Part shown: one piece after another, positions 19,436-29,659 of the stretch
How positions within the stretch are numbered: the stretch's first letter is position 1
Layout: the number at the start of each line of letters is the position of its first letter
Origin: Promethearchaeota archaeon
GTDB taxonomy: Archaea; Asgardarchaeota; Lokiarchaeia; Sigyniarchaeales; SOKP01
NCBI GenBank assembly: GCA_048940645.1
Contig: JBHLOI010000003.1
Coordinates: 32,001 to 96,000, forward strand
Length of the DNA stretch: 64,000 bases
Direction: 5' to 3'
Notes under the pieces: model-generated
Told to the model about the DNA's origin: nothing
Database searches by the model: none
Seen by the model: the letters and a program-made list of their open reading frames with translations, nothing else
Made by a program: the position numbers and the translations under genes

Positions 19436-21541
19436 TTACCATGGCCAGAAAAATCCTTTATTTTCCACAGAAAACTCGTACGCTGATGTTAGAATATGAT
19501 CTGCTCGATTGCTAATAATCATAACATGGAAGTTATTGTATGTTCTTTCAGTTGTCCCACTAAAACTTTGTGTAGCATAAGAAACATGATAATGGCTTTC
19601 CCAAAGGTACTCTATACCGTGGGCTCCACCTCCATATCGAACGGTTAGTACTGTCATCTCATAATCATTGTCCCACATGCCATTTGTAATATACCAACCA
19701 TCTGTTTCCCAATCACCTTCACCAGATTCTACATCATCAAAGAAGCCAATTTCAGGTATGGATATATCATCAACATACATGTTTTGTAATGTAAATGCTC
19801 CATCCTGCCACAGGCGGAAATGAAGTTCAATTTGATGTCCTGCAAATGGACTAAGATCCATACTTACCGGTATCCAACCTCCGCTAGCACCGGTAAATGC
19901 ATGCCACTTTCCAGCTGCTAAGTAATCCCTTGGTTCACGACCATCAGGCACATTTGGATTATCTTGACCATACGGATCCGTGTCGACTGTAATACCAGGC
20001 GCTTCTAAAGTAGTATATTCATCTGTATCATAATCATAAACCTCTACGTATCCATAGTCCCAGTTCTCTTCTATTTCATAGAATGTCATAAATTCTAGAG
20101 TAGCCCCCCCTGCAGGAATATCAAAGGTCTGGTGGAAACTACGCCAAGCCCATGCGTTGGCACCGGAATACCACTCATAACTTGGACTAGCCGGAAGCGT
20201 TCCTGAAAAGTCACTAGCATCAAAATAAATAGTCGCTAATCTATTAGTGAATCTAAAATACTGAGCTGTATAAGGTTGTGGATCAGTCCACCACCAGGAA
20301 CCTAATGCAAAATCTGCTTCAAAAATCGGTTCTCCCCAATATGCTGATAATGCAAATTCAATACTCCAACCCCTCGTAGCATCACTAGGTATATCTAGTG
20401 TGTTATACCCATACCAGCCATTCCCTTGAGAGGGATCATCAAGATAATTAGCAATGGTCCACCGATCAAAAATGGTATCAAAATGTATCAAATGACCTCT
20501 CTTGTATAAGGTCTTTTGAATACCCTCGATTCCATTTGCTTGTTCTTGGACCATATCCTTAACAAAATCAACACCAAATTGCTCATAAAGATAAAGAAGA
20601 AAGAGATAACTAGCACCATAATCTTGTAATCCACCACCCCAGAATGTAAGAGCAGTGAGCCAATGGAAAGCCATATAGTACATTAGATGGCTAGACATAG
20701 ATGATCCATAGCCACATAAATACATTGCTAAGTCAGACTGCCCTTCATCAACCCAAGAAGGCTCGTCAGGATCCTGATCAAAGGAAACTAGGTGTTGAAA
20801 TTCATGAGCAAAAACGCCTTCCATCAAATGATTTGTACCTGGGCCTAAACGATTTTCCCAGTCATATGTATCAATATGCATAATATTTTTATTGAACTCA
20901 GTACTTACAGCAGCAGAAAAGTATCCTACTGTATAAGAAGTTGCAGAATCATCGTAGTATGAGGCACTTCGTATATTAAAAATTAAAGCCCAGACTTTTT
21001 GGCCTTCATCTCCACGTGGGAGTGATTCTCCAAAAGTGTCGGTCACAGTAGGATAAATTGTATTATCAAATTCATCTAAAAGAAATTGTAATTGTGCTAA
21101 AGTAATATTATCCCAATAATGATCCCAGGTTCCATAAGGATTAGCATAATAGTAATATGTACCATCATAGCTATCATACGCATCCTTAGTAATTAAGATA
21201 AGGCAATGCGTACCCTCTAATAATACAATGAAATCTTCATCATATCTCGTTCCTAGGTAAGAATCACTTAGGGGGAACGTAAATTCATCACCCACATCTG
21301 CAGGTTCTCCAATTGGGCTCGCTTGAGTAGCTTCAGCTACACCTACTTCTGCAGCTTTCTTTCTAATAGCCATCTCTTCATATCCAAGGTCTTTAGGAGA
21401 AAGATCCGTTGGAGCACGGTAATCGAATGATAACGTGCTTTCGGTGGATGTTGTTGGAATAACAAGAAACATGAGGACTCCAGAAGAAACCCCTAAAACT
21501 AAAATGGAAATAAGAAGGATTGAATAGCTTTTATTTCTCAT
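19436..21541 (-). CDS. Membrane-anchored zinc metallopeptidase, paralogue 3
   Basis: Same architecture, AHEFQH/WVDEG intact. Confidence 0.85.
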   Translation of the reverse strand: MRNKSYSILLISILVLGVSSGVLMFLVIPTTSTESTLSFDYRAPTDLSPKDLGYEEMAIRKKAAEVGVAEATQASPIGEPADVGDEFTFPLSDSYLGTRYDEDFIVLLEGTHCLILITKDAYDSYDGTYYYYANPYGTWDHYWDNITLAQLQFLLDEFDNTIYPTVTDTFGESLPRGDEGQKVWALIFNIRSASYYDDSATSYTVGYFSAAVSTEFNKNIMHIDTYDWENRLGPGTNHLMEGVFAHEFQHLVSFDQDPDEPSWVDEGQSDLAMYLCGYGSSMSSHLMYYMAFHWLTALTFWGGGLQDYGASYLFLLYLYEQFGVDFVKDMVQEQANGIEGIQKTLYKRGHLIHFDTIFDRWTIANYLDDPSQGNGWYGYNTLDIPSDATRGWSIEFALSAYWGEPIFEADFALGSWWWTDPQPYTAQYFRFTNRLATIYFDASDFSGTLPASPSYEWYSGANAWAWRSFHQTFDIPAGGATLEFMTFYEIEENWDYGYVEVYDYDTDEYTTLEAPGITVDTDPYGQDNPNVPDGREPRDYLAAGKWHAFTGASGGWIPVSMDLSPFAGHQIELHFRLWQDGAFTLQNMYVDDISIPEIGFFDDVESGEGDWETDGWYITNGMWDNDYEMTVLTVRYGGGAHGIEYLWESHYHVSYATQSFSGTTERTYNNFHVMIISNRADHILTSAYEFSVENKGFFWPW

Positions 21542-21837
21542 TATTTAATACTCCAATTTGTTTTTTATTAATTAATTTCAACTTTTTTATTATTTTTGGT
21601 TTAGATTTCTTTACACACCGAAAAGTCTTTCGGTTTATTGCCACTTTAAAAACATTTTTAATATTTCCAAAAACCATCATCAGATGATTCAAGGGAACAT
21701 TTAATAATAAACTACATTCTAATATATAAAATTTACTGTTTCATCGAAGCAATAGGCAAAAAATGAACTTTATCGCATTATTATTAATACAAATTTGTTA
21801 TAAAATCCCATTTATATTTGAGATAACAAAAAGAAAA
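21542..21837 (-). promoter_or_regulatory. Conserved promoter/leader of peptidase paralogue 3
   Basis: Aligns with 18915-19206. Confidence 0.75.
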
Positions 21838-22375
21838 AAAACGTTTAACGCCATTAAATTAGAATCTCTTAATTTATTATTTTACAACTAATTAAAATTT
21901 TGTTATCACAAAACTTAAGCTTAAAATGAATTTCTATGTTTAAATAAATTACTATTTGTTGGTACGACAGTTTTATTTATTGGTAAAACTGTCTTCTAAT
22001 ACTAGAATATCGTAATTGATTACAAGCGAATTGAAGCAAAAATTTAAAAATATGAGGACTATCTTTAGGTAGACAATTTGTTTTTTCAAATTGGTTTCAA
22101 CTTTTTTATTAGATTCGGATTAGAGCTTAAAAAAAGTGGGCTTTTTTCCACTTTTTTTAACATTGATAGCTCTGTAGGTTAATATTCTATTTTTTTAAGC
22201 ATTTAAACGTATGTTAATTAGATTTAACATCTTTGTAATTAAAAATACAATTTATTAATCTCCAGCATTTATTATACTTTTATTGCATATTTTATATAAA
22301 AAATATTTTAAAGGTGCATTGATTCTTAAATTCCATATTAAAATCATTGCATTGAAATTAAAAACTGGTGAGAAA

Positions 22376-23848
22376 TTGGAAAAAACTTATGCACAAATTA
22401 ATGCAAAAATAAAAAATGGTGATGCTGTAGTAGTTACTGCTGAAGATATGATAAGGATTGTTGAGGAAAATGGACCAAAAATCGCAGCTGAAGAGATTGA
22501 TGTAGTTACCACAGGAACTTTTGGGCCTATGTGTTCCAGTGGTGCTTTTTTAAATTTTGGTCACTCAGATCCACCAATCAAGTTTGAGCATCTCTGGCTT
22601 AATGAAGTTCATGCCTATCATGGTAATGCTGCGGTTGATTGTTATATTGGAGTAACAAGAATGACGGATAAAAGACCATTTGAATATGGAGGGGGAGACG
22701 TTATTGAGGATCTTGTTTCTGGTAAAAAAATAAGATTGAGAGGAATCTCAAATACAACTGATTGTTATCCACTTGGAGAGATGGATACATATTTTACTAT
22801 TGATGATCTGAATCAAGCGATTTTATGTAATCCGAGAAATGCATATCAGCGGTATGTATGTGCAGTGAATAGCACAGATAAAACTCTTTACACTTACATG
22901 GGAAAATTATTACCCCATTTTGGAAATGCGCATTATGCAGGTGCTGGATGTTTAAACCCACTAAGTAATGATCCTAATTATGAAACCATAGGGATAGGGA
23001 CTAGAATATTTCTTGGAGGAGGCATAGGGTATGTGATAGGAGAAGGAACTCAGCATAATCCATTAAATGGATATGGTACTTTATTTGTGAAAGGTGATTT
23101 AAAACAAATGACTTCCGAGTATCTGAGAGGAGTTAATTTTGAAAAATATGGGACTTCTATGTTTGTAGGTTTGGGTATTCCAATCCCTATATTAAACGAA
23201 AATTTAGCTAAAAAAACAGCGATAAAAGACGAAGATATTCTCACTGATGTGGTCGATTATGGTATTCCAAGGAGGGATCGACCTGTTTTAAAAAAGATAA
23301 CTTATAAGGAACTTAAAAGTGGGTTAATAGAGTTAAATGGGAAGGAAGTAAAATGTTCCTCTCTTTCTTCGCTATATTATGCCCGAAAAATAGCTAATGA
23401 ATTAAAAAAGTGGATAGAAGAAGGTTTATTTTACTTAAATCCTCCCGCAGAAACTTTATCAAAAAATACAATATATAGATCGATGAAACAAACCTCAGAA
23501 CTAAAATTTGTCAAGGATTTAAAGAGAACTGCTATAATTTGTTATGATGATTGTAATCTAAAAATGGTTGCTCTGAAAATCATCAAAGAAAACATGAACC
23601 ACATTATTATTACGAATAGAGAAATGGTTTTAAAAGGTATAGTAACAAGTTTTGATGTAACAAAAGCAATTGCAGAAGATAAAACAGATATTAACGAAAT
23701 TATAACAAAGAAGGTTATAATTACAACTGATAATGAACCTATTGAAGTTGCTGCAAGAAAAATGAAAATTAATGATATATCAGCTTTACCTGTAATTGAT
23801 GAAAATATGAAAGTAATTGGAATACTAACTTCAGAAGAGTTGATGTAA
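22376..23848 (+). CDS. L-aspartate semialdehyde sulfurtransferase (homocysteine biosynthesis, DUF39-CBS, MA1821/MJ0100-like)
   Basis: DVVTTGTFGPMCSSGAFLNFGH, NPRNAYQ, GIGTRIFLGG, C-terminal CBS pair; start moved to TTG 22376 behind a GGTGA SD. Confidence 0.9.
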   Translation: MEKTYAQINAKIKNGDAVVVTAEDMIRIVEENGPKIAAEEIDVVTTGTFGPMCSSGAFLNFGHSDPPIKFEHLWLNEVHAYHGNAAVDCYIGVTRMTDKRPFEYGGGDVIEDLVSGKKIRLRGISNTTDCYPLGEMDTYFTIDDLNQAILCNPRNAYQRYVCAVNSTDKTLYTYMGKLLPHFGNAHYAGAGCLNPLSNDPNYETIGIGTRIFLGGGIGYVIGEGTQHNPLNGYGTLFVKGDLKQMTSEYLRGVNFEKYGTSMFVGLGIPIPILNENLAKKTAIKDEDILTDVVDYGIPRRDRPVLKKITYKELKSGLIELNGKEVKCSSLSSLYYARKIANELKKWIEEGLFYLNPPAETLSKNTIYRSMKQTSELKFVKDLKRTAIICYDDCNLKMVALKIIKENMNHIIITNREMVLKGIVTSFDVTKAIAEDKTDINEIITKKVIITTDNEPIEVAARKMKINDISALPVIDENMKVIGILTSEELM

Positions 23849-24244
23849 TTGACAATTATAAATTGTACTTTACCCTTTGGGATCATAAAAGATATTGATG
23901 ATTATTCAAAAATCATTAATGAAATTCTGCGATATGACATTACTTTTAACATTCTCAAATTTTCAACCATATCCACAGGCGTTAATATTCTATTAGATGT
24001 ACCAGAGGATAAAATCCAAAAGATTGCAGAATCATTGAGAAAGAATAATGTTATTGTAAACAAAAAAGGAAGAATCATTATTAATGACGATAAATGCATT
24101 GATTGTGGTGCATGCATTTCTTTATGTCCAACAGAAGCACTGTTTTTAAATAAATATGCTAGATTAGAATTTTCTTATAATAAGTGCATTGGCTGTCTAT
24201 TATGTTTGGATTCATGTCCACGGCATGCAATTGAAGAAATGTAA
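23849..24244 (+). CDS. NIL-domain + 2[4Fe-4S] ferredoxin (MA1822-like partner)
   Basis: CIDCGACISLCP and CIGCLLCLDSCP; directly abuts the DUF39 gene. Confidence 0.88.
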   Translation: MTIINCTLPFGIIKDIDDYSKIINEILRYDITFNILKFSTISTGVNILLDVPEDKIQKIAESLRKNNVIVNKKGRIIINDDKCIDCGACISLCPTEALFLNKYARLEFSYNKCIGCLLCLDSCPRHAIEEM

Positions 24245-24287
24245 ATTCTTGATTTAAATATTAAAAAATATTTTCTTTTTAAGAATA

Positions 24288-25301
24288 TTAATGTTGAGTT
24301 ATTATTTCAAATATTTCTTCTATACGAGGAGTTTTCCTTTTTAAGGTAATGCAGCGTTCTTCTTCACAACCTCGTAATAATGCCACCAATTCATTCAGAT
24401 GGATTGTGGGAATATCTAACTTTTCATGGAACCACTTATTCATCTTTTCTCTATATTCCGGTTTGTTCAAAGTATATAAACAAGTAGGACAAGGTGTTAT
24501 AATAAAATCTGCTCCAACATTTTGAGCACTCTTTAGTTTATTAGCCGTTATTTTTAGTGCTTCTCGAGGATTTATTAAGAGTTGTGAGGCGCCCCAACCA
24601 CAACAGCTCTCCCTCTCTTGATAATCAACAGGCTTTCCACCAAATAAAGTGATGAGGTCTTCTAATTTAGTCTTATCTCTAAAATAATGATTAATATTAC
24701 GTTTATCCCTTGATAAATTTAAATAATGGCATCCATAGTGGATTGCAACTTTAAAATCACTTAAATCGAATTTAAATGAATTTATTAAATCATTTCTGAT
24801 CAGGTATAAAAAATCTAAATCATGGATAAACCGTACTTTTGGATTTTCTAAAATATCATACATTTCAGGATATATCTCACTTTTAATATTTTTCTTTAAC
24901 TGATCTAGAATTTCTTGTGTTTTTTTCTTTACTTGAGGTATTTTTAAAAACTCTCTTCCTCTTAAAAGAGAATTATAACACCCATTGCAAGAAAATAATA
25001 AAATATCTGCTTGCTGATTAATTTCATTTAAATTTCTTTCATTTATAGCAGCAAATTGAGCTCTTGTTATTAAATTTCTTTGAAAAAAGGTTCCAGTGCA
25101 ACATGATTGATTCTTACATGTAGATACTTCGAGTTGAAGACTCTCAAGTAGATCCTGAATTCCCCATCTCACTCCAGGGAAATACTTTTCTAAACACGCT
25201 TTAAATAAACATAATTTCTTATCTTTAAAGAATTCTAAAGGATTCTCTTGAAAATTTCTTTCAACTTCCTCAATATTAAGAGCTAAATCGTAGGCTTCCA
25301 T
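24288..25301 (-). CDS. hdrB: Heterodisulfide reductase subunit B-like
   Basis: QSCCTG, CNGC, HYGCH, SCCGWG, PCPTC (two CCG domains). Confidence 0.85.
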   Translation of the reverse strand: MEAYDLALNIEEVERNFQENPLEFFKDKKLCLFKACLEKYFPGVRWGIQDLLESLQLEVSTCKNQSCCTGTFFQRNLITRAQFAAINERNLNEINQQADILLFSCNGCYNSLLRGREFLKIPQVKKKTQEILDQLKKNIKSEIYPEMYDILENPKVRFIHDLDFLYLIRNDLINSFKFDLSDFKVAIHYGCHYLNLSRDKRNINHYFRDKTKLEDLITLFGGKPVDYQERESCCGWGASQLLINPREALKITANKLKSAQNVGADFIITPCPTCLYTLNKPEYREKMNKWFHEKLDIPTIHLNELVALLRGCEEERCITLKRKTPRIEEIFEIITQH

Positions 25302-25318
25302 AACTTATACACTTACAA

Positions 25319-25828
25319 TTATTTCTTCTTTTTTTTGTTTTTGCTTGCCTTAAAAACATATTTTATTCGTGCAAAATTACAAATCTCGTTTAATTCATCA
25401 ATCCTCTGTTGAGGTAATTTTTCACCCAGAGGTTCTTCCAAGACAACTCCTGTTGTTAGGAATCTCTCTGCCATTTCTACGTATTTTCTTAGATCATTAT
25501 ATTTTGGTCCGAATCCTTTTTTAAATGACTCATTTCTGAGATTAATAATTAACATTGGAATATTTATATTTTCCCTCGGACACACCCGTTTACATCTTTC
25601 ACATAAATAGCAATACCAAATATCAGAATCTTTTAAAACAGATTTATCTCCCCGTAAAACCTTACTAATAATTTTTCTAATATTGAAATCAGATACTTTT
25701 GCTGCAGGACAATCTCCCACACATTTTCCACAGCTAATACATTGAATGATATTTTTGTTTTCGTCTACATCTTCTACGAGTTCTTCATAAAATTCCCAAT
25801 TCCACTCTGAATCTGAATATTCATCCAT
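25319..25828 (-). CDS. hdrC: Heterodisulfide reductase subunit C-like
   Basis: CISCGKCVGDCP and IWYCYLCERCKRVCPR; upstream of hdrB. Confidence 0.85.
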   Translation of the reverse strand: MDEYSDSEWNWEFYEELVEDVDENKNIIQCISCGKCVGDCPAAKVSDFNIRKIISKVLRGDKSVLKDSDIWYCYLCERCKRVCPRENINIPMLIINLRNESFKKGFGPKYNDLRKYVEMAERFLTTGVVLEEPLGEKLPQQRIDELNEICNFARIKYVFKASKNKKKKK

Positions 25829-26108
25829 GATGTGATTTTTTATATTTTTAATATTATAAATTCTAAGAGAAAATCATAATTCATAATAAAAAAATTATTG
25901 TATTAAGAAAAGTAATTTAATTTGTATATATATTTTAATTTCAAAAACTGGTTAATCAAATTATTAGTTAAGATAATTTAATTTCTGAAAATTGACAAAG
26001 AAGAAAATATTTATTATTTAGGAAATTTTTTTGAAAAATATCACTATAAAAAATTCCAAGTAATCACCCAAAATTAAAGCAACCTTACTATTAACTGGAG
26101 TATTACTA

Positions 26109-26801
26109 ATGGTTCTTTATAAAGATGGAAAAGTATATTTAAAGCTGGTATATTGGGGAATGGCAGGATCAGGTAAAACTACCATCCTTCAAACCCTTTA
26201 CAAATTAACAAAAGAAACAAAGAAGGATATTGTTCCAATTGGAAACTTACAAATAATAGCGAGGGAAAGTGGGGCGACTTTATATTTTGATAGAGGGTTA
26301 TTTCAATCAACGAAACAAAAACAGGTCTACTATAGGGTATTTACGGTTGCGGGACAAACAAGTTTTTCACCTCTTAGAATAAAACTGTTTGATAAGCCAG
26401 AAGATAAAACTGATGCTGTTATATATGTAATTGACTCTCAAACTAAATTTCTTGAAGATAACATTGAATCACTTCGAGAATTAAAAAGTGTTGCAAATGA
26501 TAAACTTATTAAAGAAATCCCTTTTATTGTAATGCTTAATAAACAGGATCTCAAAGAAATTATTGATAAAGACAATTTTATTCAAATATTAAAAAATGAA
26601 AAACTTTGGTATGACCCTGGGAATAGTTTAAATAGATGGAATCCTATAATTTATGAGACTTGTGCTTTATATGACCAAGAAAAAGATATTTATCGCAGCT
26701 TTCATGAATGTGCTAGAAGGACTGCATTATATCAAATTTATGGAGATGGAAAGGCACCCGTGGATGAAAAAATATCTGATACGTCCATATTGACAATTTA
26801 A
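26109..26801 (+). CDS. MglA-like small GTPase
   Basis: KLVYWGMAGSGKTT, TLYFD, TVAGQ (cf. MglA TVPGQ), NKQD, TCAL. Confidence 0.85.
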   Translation: MVLYKDGKVYLKLVYWGMAGSGKTTILQTLYKLTKETKKDIVPIGNLQIIARESGATLYFDRGLFQSTKQKQVYYRVFTVAGQTSFSPLRIKLFDKPEDKTDAVIYVIDSQTKFLEDNIESLRELKSVANDKLIKEIPFIVMLNKQDLKEIIDKDNFIQILKNEKLWYDPGNSLNRWNPIIYETCALYDQEKDIYRSFHECARRTALYQIYGDGKAPVDEKISDTSILTI

Positions 26802-26832
26802 ATTATAAATTTGATAAAATAAAAATATTTAT

Positions 26833-27597
26833 TTATTTTTCCTTAATAAAAATAGCATGCATCCATCTTGGCAGCAAAAATCCCCCATAGAACTCTATAG
26901 CGCTAATTATTAATAAAACTCTTACAATTACTACCATTATTGCTAATAAAGGATCAGTTGGATCCTCAAAAATAGTACCTAGTAAGGAGTCAAATACAGC
27001 TGCTATTGTAAACGTAACAAATGCAGCTCGTAATAATTTTCCTTTCACTCGCACTTCTTTATCTACAGATTTTACTGATTTTTGGGAAAAAATAATTCCA
27101 GTTACAAACATTACAAGGATAACGATCACTAAATAAATAAGGATGAAATCTCCAAAATTTACTGTGAATGGTCGTGAAAGAATAAAAACGCCGATAGCAT
27201 TAATATCTGTAAAGAAAAGATAAAAAAACATAACTTCAAAAGCGATGCTCAAAATAATAGTTAAAGTAATAATAACTTTCTGTTTTTTTTTGCCAATCAT
27301 ATCTGTGAAAGCTGTTAACCAACTCAAAAGTGCAATAGGGATAAAACAATTCCCGATAATAAAATACCATTCTCTTGGCAAAAATACCTGAGAAATTAAA
27401 TACATTATAAAACTAATGGAATCTGGGAACCAAGGGTTAGCTACACCTATCCAAGAGATTCCTACAAGGATATAAAGCCTTGATTTATATTTGAAATATT
27501 TTGAGAGAATGGTAAATCCAATTATAAGTGAAATCAGCACAAAAACTAAACTGAAACTTCCTTGTAAATAATCAACTACCTGCAAATTTTTCACCAA
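26833..27597 (-). CDS. Seven-transmembrane protein of unknown function
   Basis: About 7 hydrophobic segments, no soluble domain. Confidence 0.75.
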   Translation of the reverse strand: MVKNLQVVDYLQGSFSLVFVLISLIIGFTILSKYFKYKSRLYILVGISWIGVANPWFPDSISFIMYLISQVFLPREWYFIIGNCFIPIALLSWLTAFTDMIGKKKQKVIITLTIILSIAFEVMFFYLFFTDINAIGVFILSRPFTVNFGDFILIYLVIVILVMFVTGIIFSQKSVKSVDKEVRVKGKLLRAAFVTFTIAAVFDSLLGTIFEDPTDPLLAIMVVIVRVLLIISAIEFYGGFLLPRWMHAIFIKEK

Positions 27598-27721
27598 TTT
27601 TTAAACTTCAATAAGAAAGTTAAATTTGAATAAATAGTAATTAAATCAATAAATATATATTTCTTTTGGATTTATTCTTGATTTAGCAAAATTCAAAAAA
27701 TTATTGAAAAAATAATTAAAG

Positions 27722-28795
27722 TTAGATTACTGAATAATTAAAGAGGATTGGTTGGTCTTTTAAGTCATTTAATAACAATTCTGTATGAAATAAATATTGA
27801 TTTAAAGAGATTTCTTGATTTTTATATCTTCTAATTAGTGTTTTAATTATGTAGAATGGAGAAAACTTCAAGAATCGAATATCAGAAAATAAATAGACCA
27901 TACCTTTTGCTTCAAATATAATTTTTTTATCCATCAGCTCATCAAATAGATCCTGTCGATTATTTAATAAACTTAAACAATCATTTACAGAAAGATTTGT
28001 ATTTCTCAAATTTTTTATTAAAAGATATACATCTTTATCAACTAGAAAATTGATTATTGCCTTATTCTCTAACTCTTGGCTACAATTATACTTTGAATAG
28101 AACTTAATAAATTCTTTTTTATATTTTTTTAGGACACGCTCTTCTATATTTTCCTCATCCGGAATCCTTTTGGGAGGGACTCTTGCGCATGTAAAATCCT
28201 TGATTAAAAAATAACATTCTTTACTACCTGGAATACTCCTCTTTAAAATTAAATTTTCTCGAAGAAATGATATTAAAAGTAAATCAATATTTACTGTAGA
28301 AAATCCATATTCTTGTCTTAATAAGTTCGTTAATTCTGTTTTGGAAATTACTCCATTTCTTAATATTTGTAAAATTGTGAATTTAATTTTATCTTGGAAA
28401 AAATTTATCAAATCTTCACTTTCCAATTTGTTATAATTCTTTATTGTGTTAAATGCCTCAGAAATAGCTCTAGTCATTTTATTGGTGTTCATTAACTCAA
28501 TCAGATTTTTACCAATAATAGCTAAAATATCAGGAGATATAAGATTCTGTTTCTCTATTTTACCACTCAAAACAAGAACTAAAAAATAGATTTCACTTTC
28601 GAATTCTTGCAATATAGAAATGAAATAATTATTCTGATCTTCTATTTCTATCAAAGAATTTTCTTTATCTAGTTCATGTTGAGCCCAAATTTTTAAAAAT
28701 AAATCTTTTTTTGGGAATTCTTTTTCTGGGGGATATTGGATTAACGGCTCGGGTCCAGTGCTTTTATTCCAATGAACAATGATTAATCTTTCCAT
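27722..28795 (-). CDS. Longin/uDENN-like N-terminal domain protein
   Basis: N-terminal LIIVHWNKSTGPEPLIQYP resembles the hydrophobic strand-(F/W)xxxxGP..YP start of uDENN/NPRL2-type longins. Confidence 0.6.
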   Translation of the reverse strand: MERLIIVHWNKSTGPEPLIQYPPEKEFPKKDLFLKIWAQHELDKENSLIEIEDQNNYFISILQEFESEIYFLVLVLSGKIEKQNLISPDILAIIGKNLIELMNTNKMTRAISEAFNTIKNYNKLESEDLINFFQDKIKFTILQILRNGVISKTELTNLLRQEYGFSTVNIDLLLISFLRENLILKRSIPGSKECYFLIKDFTCARVPPKRIPDEENIEERVLKKYKKEFIKFYSKYNCSQELENKAIINFLVDKDVYLLIKNLRNTNLSVNDCLSLLNNRQDLFDELMDKKIIFEAKGMVYLFSDIRFLKFSPFYIIKTLIRRYKNQEISLNQYLFHTELLLNDLKDQPILFNYSVI

Positions 28796-28940
28796 AATTC
28801 CAATGTTTAAATATCTAAAATTAAGACCTATTGACCAATTTATAGAGAAATAATAATTTATCCAATATATTATTAAAAGTAGATTATATAATTAAGGCTA
28901 TTGTTTAGCTTGAATTGAAAGTAAAGAAGATTTTTTGAAT

Positions 28941-29192
28941 TTAAAAAAATTTAGGAAAATTATACTCAATATTTTCTAATGCTTCAATAAGAAGATCATT
29001 TATTCTATTATCATCTGAAAAATCTATTTTATTAAATACATTTTCAATCATTTGGTTTGCAAGTTGTTTATCTTTTTCTGTGGGATGATTTTTCCTAGAA
29101 TTAAATAAAAATTCAAATTCTTCTTTTAACCATTCTAATTCCTCAATTAGAGAATCTTCCAAAAGATCATCATAATCCCCGCAGTAAAACAA
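28941..29192 (-). CDS. Small acidic hypothetical protein
   Basis: 83-aa helical ORF, purine-rich SD-like sequence upstream. Confidence 0.6.
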   Translation of the reverse strand: MFYCGDYDDLLEDSLIEELEWLKEEFEFLFNSRKNHPTEKDKQLANQMIENVFNKIDFSDDNRINDLLIEALENIEYNFPKFF

Positions 29193-29306
29193 ATAAATAC
29201 CCCTACCCTAATTATTATTTATAATATTTAAAATAATACTCTAAGAAACTAGTAGGGTCCGACTATAAATATTTTAGTTTTCCAAAAAATGAAATGACAA
29301 AAATAT

Positions 29307-29480
29307 TTAATCATATATTTTTTTAAATTGATATCTTGTAATTGTTTTAGAAAGTTCCCAAATTGACTGAAGATCATTTGAGCTAATCGCATTCGTTAAA
29401 TCTTTATATAATTTTGATAAGTATGATTGATCATATTCAATGATCTCTGTTTTACTAAATATTTTATCCTGTTTACTCAT
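29307..29480 (-). CDS. 57-aa hypothetical protein (not in ORF track)
   Basis: ATG..TAA frame MSKQDKIFSKTEIIEYDQSYLSKLYKDLTNAISSNDLQSIWELSKTITRYQFKKIYD, co-oriented with neighbours and filling a gap. Confidence 0.5.
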   Translation of the reverse strand: MSKQDKIFSKTEIIEYDQSYLSKLYKDLTNAISSNDLQSIWELSKTITRYQFKKIYD

Positions 29481-29659
29481 ATAGCAAATTCAAATTGAAA
29501 AAGTAAAAAATGGGAATAATATCCCGGTAATATATGTTCGATAAAGACAGGTTTGAAGCTTTTTATTATTCAATTTTATGGTAAATTAATTCAAATGATT
29601 TTTCAACATCAATCTTTTTCAATAACAGAAATACAATAGTACTTTATCACCAGGAAAAT

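Noticed and set aside
13004-21541. Diversity-generating retroelement behind peptidase variation
   Set aside because: No reverse transcriptase in the window, differences are not adenine-specific, and all copies are full-length genes
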